Below are positions 28,746-38,806 of a DNA stretch of 64,000 bases, piece after piece. The stretch comes from an uncultured Eubacteriales bacterium. Its GTDB lineage: Bacteria; Bacillota; Clostridia; Peptostreptococcales; Anaerovoracaceae. The notes under the pieces were generated by a model that was not told the origin of the DNA, did no database searches, and saw only the letters and a list, made by a program, of their open reading frames with translations. Both the position numbers and the translations under genes were made by a program. The number at the start of each line of letters is the position of its first letter. The first letter of the stretch is position 1. The stretch covers positions 4,318 to 68,317 of the forward strand of contig USBT01000002.1 in assembly GCA_900553025.1 (NCBI GenBank), given 5' to 3'.

Positions 28746-29585
28746 ATGAGAGGAATCAAAGAGATTACTTCAAAAGACAATGCAATATTTAAGCTGATAA
28801 AGAGCCTGAAGGTTAGAAAGCATAGAATCCGGGAGGCTCTCTTTGTGGTTGAAGGACCAAAGCAGGTTGTTGAAGCGGAAACTAGTCGATACGATCTCAA
28901 ATACTTGGTTGTAAGACAAGACAGATTGGGATGTTTGAAGGATTACGATTTATTCGATCGAGTGGACCGATATGCTTGCACGGTCATTTCTATGGATGAG
29001 CGACTGTTCAAACAAATCTCCGACACTGAAAATAATCAGGGCATTTTGGCTGTTTTGTCATATGAACCGCTATCAGAGAAAGATTTTATGATGGAAGTTC
29101 CGTCTGGTTCAAATGTGCTTGTGCTAGATAAGCTTCAGGATCCTGGGAATATAGGAACCATCATAAGGACGGCAGAAGGAGCAGGCTTTAAAGGAATTAT
29201 TTTGTTAAAAGGCTCTGGAGATGTATTCAGTCCCAAGTCGATAAGAGCAGCTGGTGGAGCAATGCTGAGAATGCCCGTGACTATGATCAATGATGCTGCC
29301 ACACTCCGTAGGTTGTCGTGTGAATTTTCAAAAAGACTTATAGTGTCAGATGTTGAGAGCGGTTTGGCTTATTACGATGTGGATTTGTCTGAGAATATAT
29401 TTCTGGTTATGGGAAATGAGGGTCACGGCGTTTCAAAAGAAATATTGGACATGGCAGATATAAGGATAAACATACCGACGGATGGAGCTCTTGAATCGCT
29501 CAATGTTGCAACGGCAGGTGCTGTACTGATGATGGATAGCTTGAGGCAGAGTAAAAATAAAATTAGAAGAGGGAAAAGATGCTAG
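28746..29585 (+). CDS. TrmH/SpoU-family RNA methyltransferase
   Basis: ITSKDN..FK, FVVEG, LQDPGNIGTIIRTA, GNEGHGVS and ESLNVATAG. Confidence 0.93.
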   Translation: MRGIKEITSKDNAIFKLIKSLKVRKHRIREALFVVEGPKQVVEAETSRYDLKYLVVRQDRLGCLKDYDLFDRVDRYACTVISMDERLFKQISDTENNQGILAVLSYEPLSEKDFMMEVPSGSNVLVLDKLQDPGNIGTIIRTAEGAGFKGIILLKGSGDVFSPKSIRAAGGAMLRMPVTMINDAATLRRLSCEFSKRLIVSDVESGLAYYDVDLSENIFLVMGNEGHGVSKEILDMADIRINIPTDGALESLNVATAGAVLMMDSLRQSKNKIRRGKRC

Positions 29586-30601
29586 ATAATTTAAAATCTA
29601 TACGTGAAGAAGCTATTTCTTTGATTAAGGAAAGTAACACTCTAAAAGATTGCGAAAATGTTAGGATTGCAATGCTCGGAAAAAAGGGCAAGGTAACTGA
29701 GATCCTTAAAAATATGAAGACTCTTTCTGTTGAAGAAAAGAAGGTTATGGGGAAGGAAACTAATCTCCTAAAAAAAGAAATAGAAAATTTTATAAACGAG
29801 AAGAAGTCGGAGCTTGCTGCGAACGAAAAGTCAAAGAAATTGAAGTCGGAGGCATTGGATGTTACAGAGCCTGCACCGAAGATTCACATAGGAGCAAAGC
29901 ACCTTATCACCACCGTCATAGATGAGGTTGTAGAAATCTTTACGGATATGGGATATGAGATAGTGGAAGGCCCTCTTGTTGATACAGTTTTTAACACATT
30001 TGACGGATTAAATTCTCCGCCAAACCATCCAAGCAGGGATATGACGGACACCTTCTACATAAGTAAGGATAACGTACTTAGGCCGCATACAAGCTCTGTC
30101 GAAATTAGAACCTTACAAAATAGAGAGGCACCGTTTAAAATTGTCAGTCCTGGAAGGTGCTTCAGATGTGATACGCCTGATGCTACTCACAGCCCAATGT
30201 TCCACCAGATAGAAGGCATGATTGTTGATGAGGGTATAACAATGGCTCACCTTAAGGGGACGCTTGATTATATGGCAAAGAAGCTCTTTGGTTCAGAAAC
30301 CAAGACCAAATTCAGACCGCATCACTTCCCGTTCACAGAGCCGAGTGCCGAGATGGATGTGAGCTGCTTTAAATGTGGCGGCAAGGGTTGCTCGATGTGT
30401 AAGGGCAGCGGATGGATTGAAATTCTGGGATGCGGGATGACACACCCGAATGTGCATGGCGTTGGAAATATCGACACGGAGAAGTACACGGGATTTGCGT
30501 TTGGAATGGGCGTCGAAAGAATAGCGATGCTTAAATACGGCATAGATGATATTAGATATTTTTATGAGAACGATATGAGGTTCAACGAGCAGTTTAAATA
30601 A
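29579..30601 (+). CDS. pheS: Phenylalanine-tRNA ligase alpha subunit
   Basis: HPSRDMTDTFY, LRPHTS, DATHSPMFHQIEG, FPFTEPSAE and GFAFGMGVERIAML. Confidence 0.98.
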   Translation: MLDNLKSIREEAISLIKESNTLKDCENVRIAMLGKKGKVTEILKNMKTLSVEEKKVMGKETNLLKKEIENFINEKKSELAANEKSKKLKSEALDVTEPAPKIHIGAKHLITTVIDEVVEIFTDMGYEIVEGPLVDTVFNTFDGLNSPPNHPSRDMTDTFYISKDNVLRPHTSSVEIRTLQNREAPFKIVSPGRCFRCDTPDATHSPMFHQIEGMIVDEGITMAHLKGTLDYMAKKLFGSETKTKFRPHHFPFTEPSAEMDVSCFKCGGKGCSMCKGSGWIEILGCGMTHPNVHGVGNIDTEKYTGFAFGMGVERIAMLKYGIDDIRYFYENDMRFNEQFK

Positions 30602-30628
30602 TTTGTAATAGCATGAAAGTGAGGAAAG

Positions 30629-33121
30629 ATGTTAGTTTCTTGGAAATGGCTTCATGACTACATCAGTGTAGATGAAGATATAGTAGAATATTGCAACAAA
30701 ATGATTATGAGCGGCTCAAACCTCGAAACCTGCAAGAAAGTAGGCGACGGCATTGATGGCGTTTTAGTTGGAAAAATAGAGAAAATCGAGAAGCATCCTA
30801 ACGCTGATAAACTGGTAATTTGTCAGATAGACTTAGGCTGCAAGAGCGATGCTGGAGATTCAGAGTTAACTCAGATTGTTACTGGTGCAGAAAATGTTTT
30901 TGAGGGTGCGATTGTTCCGGTAGCTGTTTCGGGCAGCAAAATACCAGGACCTCTTCACGGTGCGCCTGAATCAGAGGGTGGAATCGAGATTAAATCCGGA
31001 GAGCTCAGAGGTGTTTTGTCGGACGGAATGCTCTGTTCGGCTACAGAGCTTGGGTTTGACGATAAAGTTGCACCTATGGCTAGCAAAGATGGTATCTGGA
31101 TTTTGGGAGATGAGTTTGAAGATAAGCTCGGCTCCAATCTCGTCGATGCTCTTGACATTGAGGATTACACGATTGACTTTGAAATTACGCCGAACAGACC
31201 CGACTGCCTTTCAATGCTAGGAATGGCAAGAGAAACCAAGGCTACTTTTGGCAAAGAGCTTCACATGCCAGATACAAATTTAAAGATGGCGGACTCTGAT
31301 GCCAAGCCAGAAGATTTTGTATCGGTAGAGGTTAAGTCGGATGATTGCCGAAGATATACGGCGAGGGTAATCCAAAATGTTAAAATGGGGCAGTCCCCAT
31401 GGTGGATGCAGCAGAGATTGATGGCCGCAGGTATGAGACCTATAAACGTTATTGTTGATATTACGAATTTTGTAATGCTAGAATATGGGCAGCCGTTACA
31501 TGCATTTGATGTTAGGAGCATCAAGGGAGGCAAAATAATAGTTGAGCATGCAGAAAACAATGAGGTTTTCGTTACTCTGGATGGCAAAGAGAGAAAGCTT
31601 GACAGCAGCATGCTCATGATAAAGGATGCCGAGAAATCAATTGCCATAGCAGGTGTTATGGGTGGCATGAACTCAGAAATAGAAGCTGACACCAATACTG
31701 TAATACTGGAATCAGCATGCTTTGATGCTGATAATGTCAGGGCTACTTCTAAAAAACTCGGATTAAGGACGGAAGCATCCAGCAGATATGAGAAGGGTGT
31801 CGATCCGAACCTTGCAATAACGGCAGCGAATAGATTTTGCCATCTTGTAGAAAAGTTAGGTGTAGGTAATGTTGTGGACGGTAGTGTCGATGTCTACAGA
31901 GTGCCGAAGGTTTCAAAGCCAGTTAATGTGAGAGCAGCTAGAATCAACAAAGTACTTGGAACCAAGATTACTGCTGGTGAGATGATAGAAATATTTGATT
32001 CTCTTGAATGTGAGTCTAAGATCATAGAGGGCAAGGCTGAGGAACTGGATGCGGTTATCTGCGTCTATCCGCCAACTGTTAGACAGGATCTAGAGGCTGA
32101 GGTTGATTTTGTCGAAGAAGTTGCTAGGATTTACGGTTATGATAATTTGCCTATGGAAATTCCGAAAAGTAATACAATGCCTAAGGTTACAGAAAGCTGG
32201 AAACTCAGAAAGATGGCTAGAAATACCCTGACAGCTATTGGTATGAATGAGATTCAGACTATTTCATTTGGCAGCCCATCTGATCTTGATAAAGTTAATA
32301 TTGATGAAGATGGTATTGAGAGAGCCTTTGTTAAAATCATAAACCCACTCGGAGAAGATACCTCAATTCTGAGAACTATTTTGTTGCCAGATATGATGCA
32401 GGTTCTTTCACTAAATTATTCAAGGTCAATTGATAGCGTGCAGGCATTTGAAATTGGCACGACATTCCTTAAGAACTTTATTGAAGAGGGAGGACTGCCT
32501 TATGAGGACTTCAATATTTGTCTAGGAAGCTATGGTGAGGACGAGGACTTCTTCAAAATGAAATCGAGGGTTGAGACTCTACTATTTGAACTTGGCATCA
32601 AGGACCCAATTTTTGAAGCTGAATCTGAGTATGCTCCTTATCATCCAGGTAGGTGTGCTAGAGTATCTGTGAAGTCTGAAAATGGTGAGGAGGTTGAACT
32701 TGCAATAATGGGACAGGTTCATCCTAATGTTGCGGAAAATTACGGAATGGATGTAGAAGTTTATGCAGCAGAACTCATGATGGGTCCTATTGAAGAATTT
32801 TCAAATAGGGAAATCAAGTATAAGAAACCAGCGAAATTTCCTGGAACTTCAAGAGATATAGCGCTAACCGTTGATGAAAATATAACAGCGGGTGAAATTA
32901 TTAATGTCATAGAAGAGAATCCTGATGAGATCTTCAAGCACGCTGAAATTTTCGATATATATCGTGGTAAACAGGTGGACAAAAACAAGAAGAGTATTGC
33001 AATTAGGCTTTTCTATGGTCATGACGAGAAGACGCTCAAAGACGAGGAAGTGACTGAAGTCCACAGAACTATTTTGTCGAGGCTTGCTGACAAGCTGAAT
33101 GCTTCACTGAGAGAGCAGTAG
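30629..33121 (+). CDS. pheT: Phenylalanine-tRNA ligase beta subunit
   Basis: HPNADKL, RGVLSDGMLCS, ITPNRPDCLS..GMARE, VDITNFVMLEYGQPLHAFD, EEVARIYGYD and the FDX-ACB domain (RDIA). Confidence 0.98.
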   Translation: MLVSWKWLHDYISVDEDIVEYCNKMIMSGSNLETCKKVGDGIDGVLVGKIEKIEKHPNADKLVICQIDLGCKSDAGDSELTQIVTGAENVFEGAIVPVAVSGSKIPGPLHGAPESEGGIEIKSGELRGVLSDGMLCSATELGFDDKVAPMASKDGIWILGDEFEDKLGSNLVDALDIEDYTIDFEITPNRPDCLSMLGMARETKATFGKELHMPDTNLKMADSDAKPEDFVSVEVKSDDCRRYTARVIQNVKMGQSPWWMQQRLMAAGMRPINVIVDITNFVMLEYGQPLHAFDVRSIKGGKIIVEHAENNEVFVTLDGKERKLDSSMLMIKDAEKSIAIAGVMGGMNSEIEADTNTVILESACFDADNVRATSKKLGLRTEASSRYEKGVDPNLAITAANRFCHLVEKLGVGNVVDGSVDVYRVPKVSKPVNVRAARINKVLGTKITAGEMIEIFDSLECESKIIEGKAEELDAVICVYPPTVRQDLEAEVDFVEEVARIYGYDNLPMEIPKSNTMPKVTESWKLRKMARNTLTAIGMNEIQTISFGSPSDLDKVNIDEDGIERAFVKIINPLGEDTSILRTILLPDMMQVLSLNYSRSIDSVQAFEIGTTFLKNFIEEGGLPYEDFNICLGSYGEDEDFFKMKSRVETLLFELGIKDPIFEAESEYAPYHPGRCARVSVKSENGEEVELAIMGQVHPNVAENYGMDVEVYAAELMMGPIEEFSNREIKYKKPAKFPGTSRDIALTVDENITAGEIINVIEENPDEIFKHAEIFDIYRGKQVDKNKKSIAIRLFYGHDEKTLKDEEVTEVHRTILSRLADKLNASLREQ

Positions 33122-33139
33122 TTAATAAAAGGAGGTCCT

Positions 33140-33598
33140 ATGGAGACTAATAGGGTTACTGTTAAGATTTATGGTCAGGAATATACGATTGCTGACACCA
33201 AGTCAGAGGATGAAATCAAGGAGCTTGCGGCATATGTAGATGGCAAGATGAGGAAGCTCGCGGGTGCTGCTGGTGATATGTCTGTCGGCAGTGTGGCAGT
33301 TCTTACAGCGCTTGTAATTGCAGATGAGATGTCCAAGGCTAAGGAGGAAAAGGAGATAGCCGAAAAGGCAAAGGAGCAATCCGAGAGCGATGCAAAATAC
33401 TATCTTAAGATGTGGGATGATTCCAAGCAGTCGTTCCGAAAATACAAGGATAGTGTCAGCCAGATGCACGACAAAACAAAAGAGGACGATGAGGCGCTTG
33501 AAGAGTTAAAACAGAAATGCAAGGAGTACGAAAGCACTTGCTTTGATTTGCAGATGGAGAATATTCAGTTGAAGAGCAAGTTAGAGAAAATGCAATGA
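33140..33598 (+). CDS. zapA: Cell division protein ZapA with extended coiled-coil C-terminus
   Basis: NRVTVKIYGQEYTI...LAAYVDGKM...AVLTAL.IADE; position after pheT. Confidence 0.85.
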   Translation: METNRVTVKIYGQEYTIADTKSEDEIKELAAYVDGKMRKLAGAAGDMSVGSVAVLTALVIADEMSKAKEEKEIAEKAKEQSESDAKYYLKMWDDSKQSFRKYKDSVSQMHDKTKEDDEALEELKQKCKEYESTCFDLQMENIQLKSKLEKMQ

Positions 33599-36006
33599 AT
33601 TTAAAGGCACTTAAGGTTTTAGAGTACAGCAAAATAAAAGAGATGTGGTCAGAGGAAGCTGTATCATCCATGGTTAAGGAAAAAATCATGGGTATGGAGC
33701 CTTATTTGGATGCCTATATTATCAAAGATGAATTGAGGTCAACGACTGAGGGCGTTGACCTTATTGTCAATAAGGGACCTTTGCCCATCTACAGCATTTA
33801 TGATGTGAGCAGGGATATTACGCTTGTCAAGAAGGGCGGTGTTTTGTCTATGAGAAGTCTGCTATCAATATCATATAATCTTAAGACCTGCGGTAGAGTC
33901 AGAACATTCTTAAAGGGTGAACTACCCGATATTCATGGGCTAATCGCAATGTCTGAGGTTCTCGATCCAGTCTTAAATCTTTCAGAAGAAATCGACAGAT
34001 GCATCCTGTCAGAAGATGAGATGGCAGATTCAGCTTCAAGGGAGCTTGCTAGAATAAGACGAGAGATAATAAGGACGGGAGAGGAGATAAAATATAAGCT
34101 GGAAAAAATGGCAACCTCTGAAGCAAGTCGCTCTGTATTGCAAGAGGGAATTGTAACCATGAGGGATGGACGCTATGTTTTACCAGTAAAATTGGAGCAG
34201 GCATATAGGGTTCCAGGAATCGTGCACGATAGATCCAAGGGTGGCAAAACTCTATTTATAGAGCCGCAGGTCATTGTAAATCTAAATAATGAATTGAAAA
34301 ATTTGCAGCTAGCAGAAGAAGCCGAGATAGCTAGAATTTTACAGGAATTATCGGCTACTGTCGCTTCTTATGACAAGATAATTTCAAACAATCAGAAAAT
34401 CCTCATAGACATGGATTATATAATGTCGAAATCGAAATTATCCATAAATATGGAAGCTTCTGAGGCAGAACTTGTCGACGATAAGATTATATCAATAATT
34501 GCTGGGAGACACCCACTTCTAAATGAGAAAAATGTAGTCCCAATAACCGTATCTATCGGCGAAAACTATAATACGCTCATAATCACAGGACCTAACACGG
34601 GCGGAAAGACTGTCAGCTTAAAGACAGTTGGATTATTTGCACTTATGACACAGACGGGGCTTCATATTCCAGCTGAATACGGGAGCAAGCTTCATGTATT
34701 TTCAAATATATTCGCTGACATTGGAGATGAGCAGAGCATAGAGCAGAGCCTTTCGACATTTTCTTCGCACATGAAAAACATAGTTGAAATTGTTGAAACT
34801 GCAGATGATGATTCACTTGTGTTGCTGGATGAGCTAGGCGCTGGGACAGATCCTACCGAGGGTGCAGCGCTTGCAATTTCAATAATAGAAAAATTGCGGA
34901 ACGCAGAGGCTCTTGTGCTTGCAACTACGCATTACAGCGAGATTAAGAAATACGCGATTGCCACAAAGGGCGTAGAAAATGCCTCGATGGAGTTTGACGT
35001 GGATACACTTAGTCCGACATATAGGCTCATAACAGGAATTCCAGGAAAATCGAAGGCCTTTGAGATAAGCAAGAAGTTGGGACTTTCTGGCGATGTCATA
35101 GATAGGGCAGAAGAACTCGTAAATACGGATGATATCAAGTTTGAAGATCTATTAGGCAACCTCGAAGAATCGAGGAAACAAGCTGAGGACGAAAGAGATG
35201 AAGCCATAATGATAAACTTGGCTATGAAGAAAAAGCAGTCTAAGATTGATCAAAGTATGGCTCGAATTGAAGATGAACGAAGGCGGATCCTAGAAGATGC
35301 AAAACGGGAAGCTAGAGATATCTTAAACGATGCGAGAAAAACATCAAAATCCGTTCAAAAGGAGCTAAACAAGCTATCGCTAAATCAGAGCCTTGGAGAG
35401 CGGAACAAAATAATCCAGGAGGGTAGACGCCAGATAGGTGTGGCTGAAAAAGCCCTTAAAGCACCTCTTGTAAGGAAGGTGAATGCTGAGCCAGTTTCTG
35501 CAGATCAGCTGGAGGAAGGTATGAGGGTTAAACTTCTAACCATGGATCAAAATGGCACGATTATTGCTCTCCCAGATGGTAAAGAGGAGCTTCTAGTTCA
35601 GGTAGGTGCAATTAAGGTTAAGGCTAAGTTATCAGATATTGCTATAATTGTAGATGGCAGCGAACCGAAGTCAAAGTCGAACCAAAGAATGCCGCGGAGT
35701 ACGCAGAGTGTGAGGTCATCAAAAGTTTCTTTGTATACCTCAAAGGCTATGCAGGTAAGTCCCAAGCTTGACGTTAGAGGCTTGAACCTTGAGGAGGCTA
35801 TTATGAGAGTTGAGAAATACATTGATGATGCGTTCATCGCAGGTCTTGACAAAACAACAGTCGTACACGGACGGGGTGAAGGTGTTTTGCGCGATGGAAT
35901 ACGGCGTAGACTAAGGAGCAATAAACATGTTGCCTCACTTGAGAAACCCGCATATAATGAGGGTGGCGAAGGAGCTACAATTGTGGTAATAAAGAAGAAT
36001 GGATAA
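33595..36006 (+). CDS. mutS2: Endonuclease MutS2
   Basis: ITGPNTGGKTV.LK, DIGDEQSIEQSLSTFSSHM, DELGAGTDP.EG and a C-terminal Smr domain (LDVRG...HGRGEGVLR). Confidence 0.97.
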   Translation: MNLKALKVLEYSKIKEMWSEEAVSSMVKEKIMGMEPYLDAYIIKDELRSTTEGVDLIVNKGPLPIYSIYDVSRDITLVKKGGVLSMRSLLSISYNLKTCGRVRTFLKGELPDIHGLIAMSEVLDPVLNLSEEIDRCILSEDEMADSASRELARIRREIIRTGEEIKYKLEKMATSEASRSVLQEGIVTMRDGRYVLPVKLEQAYRVPGIVHDRSKGGKTLFIEPQVIVNLNNELKNLQLAEEAEIARILQELSATVASYDKIISNNQKILIDMDYIMSKSKLSINMEASEAELVDDKIISIIAGRHPLLNEKNVVPITVSIGENYNTLIITGPNTGGKTVSLKTVGLFALMTQTGLHIPAEYGSKLHVFSNIFADIGDEQSIEQSLSTFSSHMKNIVEIVETADDDSLVLLDELGAGTDPTEGAALAISIIEKLRNAEALVLATTHYSEIKKYAIATKGVENASMEFDVDTLSPTYRLITGIPGKSKAFEISKKLGLSGDVIDRAEELVNTDDIKFEDLLGNLEESRKQAEDERDEAIMINLAMKKKQSKIDQSMARIEDERRRILEDAKREARDILNDARKTSKSVQKELNKLSLNQSLGERNKIIQEGRRQIGVAEKALKAPLVRKVNAEPVSADQLEEGMRVKLLTMDQNGTIIALPDGKEELLVQVGAIKVKAKLSDIAIIVDGSEPKSKSNQRMPRSTQSVRSSKVSLYTSKAMQVSPKLDVRGLNLEEAIMRVEKYIDDAFIAGLDKTTVVHGRGEGVLRDGIRRRLRSNKHVASLEKPAYNEGGEGATIVVIKKNG

Positions 36007-36072
36007 AATTCTGGAATGATAATGAATTACTAGATATAACTATATCAGAATGTAAGAATATAAGGAGTAGAT

Positions 36073-37779
36073 ATGATAAATTATAGAGAAGAGATAGCGA
36101 AAATATTGGACGAAATTATTGAAGGACTATCTAAGGAAGAAATTTTTGAAATGCTTGAGGTACCTGCTAATGAGGAAATGGGTGATTTTGCGCTCCCGTG
36201 TTTCAAGCTAGCAAAAGTTATGAGGAAGGCACCACCGCTAATTGCAAAAGGTATAGCTGAAAAACTCTCAGAGCACAAAATGTTCGAAAAGGTTGAGCAG
36301 GTGAATGCATATGTGAATATGTTCCTCTCAAAGGAGGATCTGCTTTCTCACGTAGTTGGTGAGATTATCGAAGCTGGGGCGGATTTTGCGAATTCTGACG
36401 AGGGGAATGGAAAAACTGTAATCGTCGAGTTTTCATCACCAAATATCGCAAAGCCTTTCCACATCGGGCACATCAGATCAACCGTTATTGGTAATTCAAT
36501 CAACCTCATATACAAAGCACTTGGCTATGATGTTGTAAGAATCAATCACCTCGGCGACTACGGCACGCAGTTCGGGAAGATGATAGTTGCATATAGGCAC
36601 TGGGGAAATGAAGAAGAGGTTAAGGCGCAGCCTATTCAGACTTTACTTCATTACTATACAAAGTTCCACGAAGAAGCTGAGAATGATCCTAGCCTTGATG
36701 ATGAAGCTCGTGCAACATTTACAAAGCTTGAGCATGGCGAGGAAGAGGAAGTTAAACTTTGGCAGTGGTTCAGGGATGAGTCTTTGAAGGAATTTAACAG
36801 AGTTTACAATATGCTAGGAATTGAGTTTGACTCGTACAAGGGAGAGAGCTTCTACTCCGACAAAATGCCTAGATTTGTTGAGATGCTTAAGGACAAGGGG
36901 CTCTTGGAGGAATCTCAGGGAGCAAATATAGTAAATCTTGAGGACAAGGGTCTTGGTGTTGCACTTATAACAAAAAGTGACGGATCTACGCTTTATATTA
37001 CTCGTGACATAGCTGCTGCTGTATATAGGAAAGAAACCTATGATTTCTACAAAAATATCTACGTTGTGGCATCTCAGCAGAATCTGCACTTCCAGCAGTG
37101 GATTCAAATCATTGAAATGCTTGGATACGAGTGGGCAAGGAGCTGTGTTCATGTTCCATTTGGTCTTGTGAGCCTAGAGGACGGTACGATGTCAACCCGT
37201 GAAGGCAGGGTAGTATTCCTCGAGGATGTTTTGAATAAGTCAATCGAGAAGACTAAGGAAATAATAATGGAGAAAAATCCAGAAGGACTAGATATCGACA
37301 AGATTGCCAAGTATGTCGGAATCGGTGCAGTAATCTTCCAGGAACTTTCAAATAATAGGATTAAGGATTATGTTTTCAGCTGGGATAAGGTGCTCAATTT
37401 CGACGGCGAAACGGGTCCTTATGTTCAGTATACCCACGCAAGAGCATGCTCGCTTTTGAGGAGAGGCGAAGTGGGGAATGAATATTTTGTTGACGTGGAT
37501 TATAGCAAGCTGACGGGCGATGCTGCTTTCAGACTTGCTAAGCTCCTCTATCAATTCCCTGATATCGTCAAGGATGCCGGTGCAAAATATGAGCCTTCGA
37601 TTGTAACACGACACATTGTGAATATCGCCCAAGCATTCAACAGATTCTACCATGATGAGCATATTTTGGTGGATGACGAGGCTGAGAAAAAGGCTAAGCT
37701 TGCACTTGTTTATGCAACAAAAGAGTCAATTGCCAAGGGTCTTTCACTTCTAGGCATTGTTGCGCCTGAGAAGATGTAG
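36073..37779 (+). CDS. argS: Arginine-tRNA ligase
   Basis: VEFSSPNIAKPFHIGHIRST, NHLGDYGTQFG, MSTREG, GETGPYVQYTHAR and terminal PEKM. Confidence 0.98.
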   Translation: MINYREEIAKILDEIIEGLSKEEIFEMLEVPANEEMGDFALPCFKLAKVMRKAPPLIAKGIAEKLSEHKMFEKVEQVNAYVNMFLSKEDLLSHVVGEIIEAGADFANSDEGNGKTVIVEFSSPNIAKPFHIGHIRSTVIGNSINLIYKALGYDVVRINHLGDYGTQFGKMIVAYRHWGNEEEVKAQPIQTLLHYYTKFHEEAENDPSLDDEARATFTKLEHGEEEEVKLWQWFRDESLKEFNRVYNMLGIEFDSYKGESFYSDKMPRFVEMLKDKGLLEESQGANIVNLEDKGLGVALITKSDGSTLYITRDIAAAVYRKETYDFYKNIYVVASQQNLHFQQWIQIIEMLGYEWARSCVHVPFGLVSLEDGTMSTREGRVVFLEDVLNKSIEKTKEIIMEKNPEGLDIDKIAKYVGIGAVIFQELSNNRIKDYVFSWDKVLNFDGETGPYVQYTHARACSLLRRGEVGNEYFVDVDYSKLTGDAAFRLAKLLYQFPDIVKDAGAKYEPSIVTRHIVNIAQAFNRFYHDEHILVDDEAEKKAKLALVYATKESIAKGLSLLGIVAPEKM

Positions 37780-37787
37780 GTGGTTGC

Positions 37788-38660
37788 ATGAGGTATGAAG
37801 GCAGTATTTATAGACCGCCGAGCGAGGCTTATAGCCTGCTGATTCAGGTGACTATAGGTTGTTCGCATAATACATGTACTTTCTGCACGATGTTCAAGGA
37901 TAAGAAGTTCAGAGTAAGGCCGATTAAAGAAGTGCTTGAGGACCTTGAAATGGCAAGGCGAACATATCCTGTAGTCGAAAAAATATTTTTATGCGATGGT
38001 GATGCTCTCTGTCTTTCGAACGAAAAATTAATGCAGATTCTCACGAGAATTTCGGAGCTTTTTCCAGAGTGCAAAAGGGTTTCTGTATATGGAACAGCAA
38101 GAGATATAAATCGCAAATCGGATGCGGAGCTAATGGAGCTTCTTGATGCGGGCATAGAAATGATTTACATGGGTGCGGAATCGGGTAGCCAGAAGGTTCT
38201 CGACAATATACACAAAGATGTTACCGTACAGGAGCAGATTGACGCGGTAAAGAAGGCTGAGGGAGTTGGGATCAAGATGTCGGTAACATTCATTTCGGGC
38301 CTTGCAGGTCTTGAGGGATGGGAGGACCATGCGATTGCAACAGGTAAAATGATAACGGAGATGAACGCATCTTATGCCAGTCTTTTGACACTCATGCTTG
38401 ACCCTGCCGCCCCTATTATGAAGGACATCGAGTCAGGAGAAATGACGCTTTTGACTCCAGAACAGGTTGTCGGTGAGACCTATCTTTTGTTAGAAAATGC
38501 AATGCCTAAGAAGTCTTGTGTTTTCAGGTCGAATCACGCGTCAAATTATATTTCTCTCAGGGGTAATCTTCCAGAAGACAGACAGAGGATGCTCGCCCAG
38601 CTTAAGGTTGCGATGGAAAACACGGGTCTTTTAAAGGATGAGAGATTTAGAATGCTGTAG
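37788..38660 (+). CDS. Radical SAM protein of unknown substrate
   Basis: YRPPSEA.SLLIQVTIGCSHNTCTFC (CxxxCxxC), Y.G.ESG and FRSNHASNY. Confidence 0.88.
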   Translation: MRYEGSIYRPPSEAYSLLIQVTIGCSHNTCTFCTMFKDKKFRVRPIKEVLEDLEMARRTYPVVEKIFLCDGDALCLSNEKLMQILTRISELFPECKRVSVYGTARDINRKSDAELMELLDAGIEMIYMGAESGSQKVLDNIHKDVTVQEQIDAVKKAEGVGIKMSVTFISGLAGLEGWEDHAIATGKMITEMNASYASLLTLMLDPAAPIMKDIESGEMTLLTPEQVVGETYLLLENAMPKKSCVFRSNHASNYISLRGNLPEDRQRMLAQLKVAMENTGLLKDERFRML

Positions 38661-38764
38661 CGGAATTTAAGTCTTGTGTCGACATAGTATTGGTTGATAT
38701 AGCAGGAGTAGATTACTGCGAATATGTGGACCATCGTTTCGAGTTACCGAGATAATAAGCTTGC

Positions 38765-38803
38765 AGTTAAAGATAAGAGTTAAGTAGAATAGTTAAGGAG
38801 AAT
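38765..38803 (+). repeat. Three imperfect 13-bp tandem repeats ending in the RBS of the TPR gene
   Basis: agttaaagataag / agttaagtagaat / agttaaggagaat. Confidence 0.65.
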
Positions 38804-38806
38804 AGC

